Origin: Xylella taiwanensis
Lineage (GTDB): Bacteria; Pseudomonadota; Gammaproteobacteria; Xanthomonadales; Xanthomonadaceae
Assembly: GCF_013177435.1 (NCBI RefSeq)
Contig: NZ_CP053627.1
Span: 840,001-872,000 of the forward strand
Direction: 5' to 3'
Length of the DNA stretch: 32,000 nt
Each line of letters begins with the position of its first letter. The first letter of the stretch is position 1. A program made the translations under genes and the position numbers. Positions 27,965 to 32,000 of this stretch are shown in pieces. The notes below the pieces were generated by a model that made no database searches, was not told the origin of the DNA, and was given only the letters and a program-made list of their open reading frames with translations.

Positions 27965-29061
27965 TCCCACCAGATCATTACTCATTAGCATTGAGCCGAT
28001 GTGACGTCATGCTGTAATGACTCGCGATTGCTGCATCAGTCGAGCGCTGAATCTGGTAGCAGTATAGATTCTGTCTGGTTTACTGCATTGTTCAATATTT
28101 GGTGCTGCTGACGTTACTTGCCGACATTGATTCAGTGACTGATTGGTTGCCAAGCGTTGCGGTTACGGTTGAACACTGGGCTTTTGTCCTCGTAAGGAGT
28201 TATAGCCTATAAACGTGGTTCCCTAGTGATGCCATTTTGTTGATCTGTGTGACCAGCGGTTGTACGAAACGGCGTTGGAGTCATATGTGAGTCCACATGA
28301 TGCGCGGCTATAGCAATGGAGTCGCTGGATGCGTGTGAGCTGTTTTTTTCTTATGATTGTGGACAAGAGATGATGTGGTAGGAACCGCTTGTTTCATTGA
28401 ATTGATGGTCAGCGGTTGCATGTGTTGTAAGTTTGCTGAGCGTTGTAAAGCGTGGCGCCGAGGTTCTGTCAGACTTGTACGCACCAAGCGGTTCATCACC
28501 TGCAATGAGTTAATTTAAGCCGATGCGGTTGGCATTGTGGTCTCCACCGATGTGGCTGTGCGGTGGGATTCAGGACATGAGGCCCAAGTTTGAAGGATGC
28601 AAGCAGCCGCGGTCCAAGGGTGGTTTGGGCAGGTCGACAGGTCTTCTCGGAGTAATTTTAAGGACACGAACCATCGGTATGCTTTGTATCCATCGTGGAT
28701 GCAGCATCGACAAGGGTAAAGCGTGTTCGGTTGACGTGTTTGAGTTGAATGCGGGAGATGCCATGATGGGCAAGCAGATCTGAATCCTATGAAGTGAAAG
28801 CTCAGGTCAGCGTATTGCGGGTTTCAGGGTGTTCAGGCCGATTCGTGGAATGCTGCTTTTTTCTTGATCAGTTGGCGCCAACATGGTTGGTCTGACGTAT
28901 TGGATTGTGTGTTTACATGTTCTGCGCTTCTTAAATGGATGTATTAGTCCTGCGCATAATTGGCGTCTTTAAATATCCAAGGCGGATGATGTGTTGATGC
29001 GATCTTAAAAAGCGCGTGTTTCAAGGCGGGGATGTAGCGCACGTTAGATTGGTAGTCTGTT

Positions 29062-31218
29062 GTGAATGTCTCGTTATTTCCTCAAGAACTGGATATGTTA
29101 CTGCGGCGCTCGACGCTGTTTGCACTTAATCCGGTGTTGTGCCAAGCGTTGGTGCAGGCGTGGCAAGCGCTGCCTTCTGAATCCGGGCAGCAGGTGGCTT
29201 GGCCGGTGTTGGCCGACATGCTGGATGCACTGTTGGTGTTGTCCGCTGATGAGACGATACTGACCGCAGCGGTGTTGTTCGATGTGCCAATGCTGCGCCC
29301 AATGCTACCTGAGTTGCCGTGGCGTTCGAGTGTGCATCGGCAAGTGGTTCAGGGTTTGCTCGACGGCCAGGATGCTGCAGAACAAGTGTGGACACTGCAC
29401 GCCGGATGTGCAGCGGGACGTCATGGTGAGGGGTTGCGCCGGCTGTTGTTGGCCATTGTTCATGATCTGCGTGTGGTGCCGATTCTACTTGCCCGGCAGC
29501 TGGCCAAGATGCGTGCTGCAGGTGTGTTGCTGGAGTCGCAGCGGCGTGCGTTGGCGCAACTGACCCGTGATATCCATGCCCCATTGGCTAACCGGCTTGG
29601 TATCTGGCAACTGAAGTGGCAACTGGAAGATCTGGCGTTCCGTTATTTGGAGGCAGATACCTACCGAAGTATTGCGTCTGCCTTGGATGAACGCCGGGTT
29701 GCGCGTGAGCGCTATATCGGTGTGATCACTGCCGAGTTATCGCAGGTGCTGGCTGAGCATGGTTTGAGTGCTGAGGTGAGTGGCCGCCCGAAGCACATTT
29801 ACAGTATTTGGAGGAAGATGCAGAAGAAGCAGTTGCCCTTCGAACATCTGTACGACTTGCAAGCAGTGCGTGTGATAGTCGAGGACATCGCCGCCTGTTA
29901 TGCCGCACTTGGAGTGGTGCATGCGTTGTGGGTACCGGTGCCCGGTGAGTTTGACGATTACATCGCTCGGCCTAAGGCGAATGATTACCGTTCACTACAC
30001 ACGGCAGTGTTGGGACCGGAAGGGCGTACTGTAGAAGTACAAATCCGCACGCACGAAATGCACGCACACGCTGAATTGGGTGTGGCTGCACACTGGAAAT
30101 ATAAAGAGGGTGGCAAAGGTACGGAAACGGCCTTTGATCGCAAGATCATCTGGATGCGGCAGCTGTTAGAGCATGCTCAGGATGGTGAATCTGGCGAGTT
30201 GGCAGAGGCGCTAGATACGGAGTTGATTGAGGACCGGGTTTACGCGTTAACCCCTAAAGGCGAGGTAATCGATGTGCCGCAGGGCGCGACGCCCCTGGAC
30301 TTTGCTTATCACGTGCACACGATGGTGGGTCATCGCTGCCGGGGGGCGAAAGTGAACGGTCGCATTGTGCCGCTGACTTACCGCCTGCGCAGTGGCGATC
30401 GTGTGGAGATCTTGACTGCGAAGGAAGCCAACCCCCATCGCGACTGGCTACTTCGCGCGAATGGTTTTCTGGCCAGTGGCCGCTCGCGTGACAAGGTGAG
30501 CGCTTGGTTCAATAAGATTGAGCGGGTGCGCAACGTGCAGACCGGCAAGGATTTGCTTGACCGTGAGCTCAGACGGTTGGGACATCAGCACGCTGATCTT
30601 GGTCCTATCGCCCGACGTTTCCATGCCGATAGTGTGGATGATTTGTATGTCCAGATCGCGCTTGGTGACACCGGACCGAATCAGGTGAGCCGTGCGTTGC
30701 TGGAAACTGAGCGTGTTGTTCCACTTGCGTCACTGACACGGCCAGGGAGCACGCGTGATGGCCTTGGCAAATCAATGTTCACTGTGCAGGGCGTGAGCAA
30801 TGTATTGGTGCAACTGGCTCGTTGTTGTCAGCCGGTGGCTGGCGAGATGATCGCCGGTTACTTGACCCGAAGCCGCGGGGTCACCGTACATCGTGCTGAC
30901 TGTGCTGTACTGATGCGCTTGAGTGCTATGCATCCGCAGCGGGTGTTATCGGTTGAATGGGGCAGTCAGCCCGGTGGCAGTTATGAAGTTGGGATTTTGG
31001 TGCGTGCGGTAAACCGGCGTTGGTTGCTGAAGGACATCACCGATGTGATTGCACAAGAGGATGCGCATATGCTGGAAATGAGTAGCGATACGGTTCGCGA
31101 CAGCAGTTATCTTCGGTTGCGGATGCGGCTGAAGGTCAGTGATCATAGCCAATTGGCGGCGTTGTTGAGCAAATTGGATGGACTCTCCGGTGTCAATGAG
31201 GTGCGGAGGATGGGCTAA
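29062..31218 (+). CDS. relA: GTP pyrophosphokinase, (p)ppGpp synthetase I (RelA type)
   Basis: The synthetase domain (GRPKHIYSIWRKMQKK, DYIARPKANDYRSLHTAV, VEVQIRTHEMHAHAELGVAAHWKYKE), the TGS domain (VYALTPKGEVIDVPQGATPLDFAYHVH) and a C-terminal ACT-like region are present. The N-terminal pseudo-hydrolase has LFDV where SpoT has the catalytic HD. The start is the GTG at 29062 or the ATG at 29095. Confidence 0.9.
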   Translation: MNVSLFPQELDMLLRRSTLFALNPVLCQALVQAWQALPSESGQQVAWPVLADMLDALLVLSADETILTAAVLFDVPMLRPMLPELPWRSSVHRQVVQGLLDGQDAAEQVWTLHAGCAAGRHGEGLRRLLLAIVHDLRVVPILLARQLAKMRAAGVLLESQRRALAQLTRDIHAPLANRLGIWQLKWQLEDLAFRYLEADTYRSIASALDERRVARERYIGVITAELSQVLAEHGLSAEVSGRPKHIYSIWRKMQKKQLPFEHLYDLQAVRVIVEDIAACYAALGVVHALWVPVPGEFDDYIARPKANDYRSLHTAVLGPEGRTVEVQIRTHEMHAHAELGVAAHWKYKEGGKGTETAFDRKIIWMRQLLEHAQDGESGELAEALDTELIEDRVYALTPKGEVIDVPQGATPLDFAYHVHTMVGHRCRGAKVNGRIVPLTYRLRSGDRVEILTAKEANPHRDWLLRANGFLASGRSRDKVSAWFNKIERVRNVQTGKDLLDRELRRLGHQHADLGPIARRFHADSVDDLYVQIALGDTGPNQVSRALLETERVVPLASLTRPGSTRDGLGKSMFTVQGVSNVLVQLARCCQPVAGEMIAGYLTRSRGVTVHRADCAVLMRLSAMHPQRVLSVEWGSQPGGSYEVGILVRAVNRRWLLKDITDVIAQEDAHMLEMSSDTVRDSSYLRLRMRLKVSDHSQLAALLSKLDGLSGVNEVRRMG

Positions 31219-31322
31219 GGCTACAGTAGGGCATGTATGTCACTGTCATTGCGACGTTTATGCTTAGAATTCCGAGGGTCATTGTTCACTGTCAGGACGT
31301 TTTGAGCTAAGGAATCGGCTTC

Positions 31323-32000
31323 ATGTTCCTTCCATTCCTACCTCGGCTCCGTTCGCGCCTGTTTGGTCTGTCGCGACAGTGTTCTATTTGGCATGCGTTG
31401 CTGGCTGGGACACTGCTGCTCGGTTTGGCAATGCTGGTGTTAAGCAAACCATTGGCCGATTGGGTTTTGCCGGATAGCCGGATCCAGCAGTTGTTGCAGC
31501 GTGGTGAGGCAGCACTTGCTCAGGGCTATCTCAGTGCGTCTGATGGCAGTGGTGCACGTGATCTGTTTGAGACCGCGAAAGCATTGGATGGTGATCGCCA
31601 TGAGGCGCGGGATGGTTTGTTGCGTACCGGACAGGCGGCGTTAGTACAGGCGCGTATTGCGTTTGATCGTGGTCAGCTTGACGTGGCTGAACGTTATTTG
31701 CGTCTGGCGCGTGAGCTGCAGATGCCGCAAGAGCAGGTCGATGCGCTGGAGCGTATCGTGCGTCGGCGTCAAGCCGAGCATGCTGGTCTTGATCAATTGC
31801 TCGTTCGGGCCGAGGAGGCTTACGCTGCTGGACGTCTGGAAGGTGATTCACACAGCGCACTGCCGTTGTACCAGCGGGTGTTGGAGTTGGTTCCGGGGCT
31901 GGCTCGTGCTTTGGAAGGACGTGAGGATGTACTGACTGAATTGTTGCGCCAAGCGTACGTTGATCTGGAACGTGGCCGGTTGGATGCTGCGGCTGCCAAG
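31323..32000 (+). CDS. Membrane-anchored protein with TPR-like helical repeats; partial, runs off the 3' edge
   Basis: Translated by hand; not in the track because it has no stop. The frame is open for 226 codons from the ATG at 31323 to base 32000. One hydrophobic segment (WHALLAGTLLLGLAMLVL) is followed by Ala/Leu/Arg-rich helical repeats (QGYLSASDGSGARDLFETAKALD..., AGRLEGDSHSALPLYQRVLEL...). Confidence 0.6.
   Translation, partial: MFLPFLPRLRSRLFGLSRQCSIWHALLAGTLLLGLAMLVLSKPLADWVLPDSRIQQLLQRGEAALAQGYLSASDGSGARDLFETAKALDGDRHEARDGLLRTGQAALVQARIAFDRGQLDVAERYLRLARELQMPQEQVDALERIVRRRQAEHAGLDQLLVRAEEAYAAGRLEGDSHSALPLYQRVLELVPGLARALEGREDVLTELLRQAYVDLERGRLDAAAAK

Overview
The window is mostly conserved housekeeping genes of a gamma-proteobacterial chromosome. 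About 50% G+C and the order pyrG-kdsA-eno-ftsB-ispD-ispF suggest a Xanthomonadaceae/Xylella-like genome; this is inference, not a database result. Left to right: pyrG (3' part), kdsA, eno, ftsB, ispD, ispF, an Smr-domain gene, an AT-rich islet with a secreted SMP-30/gluconolactonase-family gene, ETF-ubiquinone oxidoreductase, alkB, a four-gene Mla/Mce-type ABC transporter, a ThrE-family exporter, mreBCD-mrdA-rodA, queA, relA, and a partial membrane-anchored helical-repeat ORF. The stand-out region is a strongly AT-rich islet at about 16050-19840, between the ThrE-family gene and mreB. It carries nine small ORFs that all begin with a double-glycine-type (class II microcin/bacteriocin) leader. 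Seven of them (16381-18070) form a tandem cassette array with a near-invariant RBS and leader (MRELNQVEVEQ[IV]SGA), a conserved 3' junction and unrelated cores. Three of these seven are under 60 aa and missing from the supplied ORF track. They are followed by two glycine-rich colicin V/microcin V-like precursors, two paralogous small 2-TM proteins (immunity candidates) and a decayed third copy at the islet edge. The window contains no C39-peptidase ABC exporter, membrane-fusion protein, modification enzyme, regulator or mobility gene. I found no tRNA, rRNA, CRISPR array or transposase.
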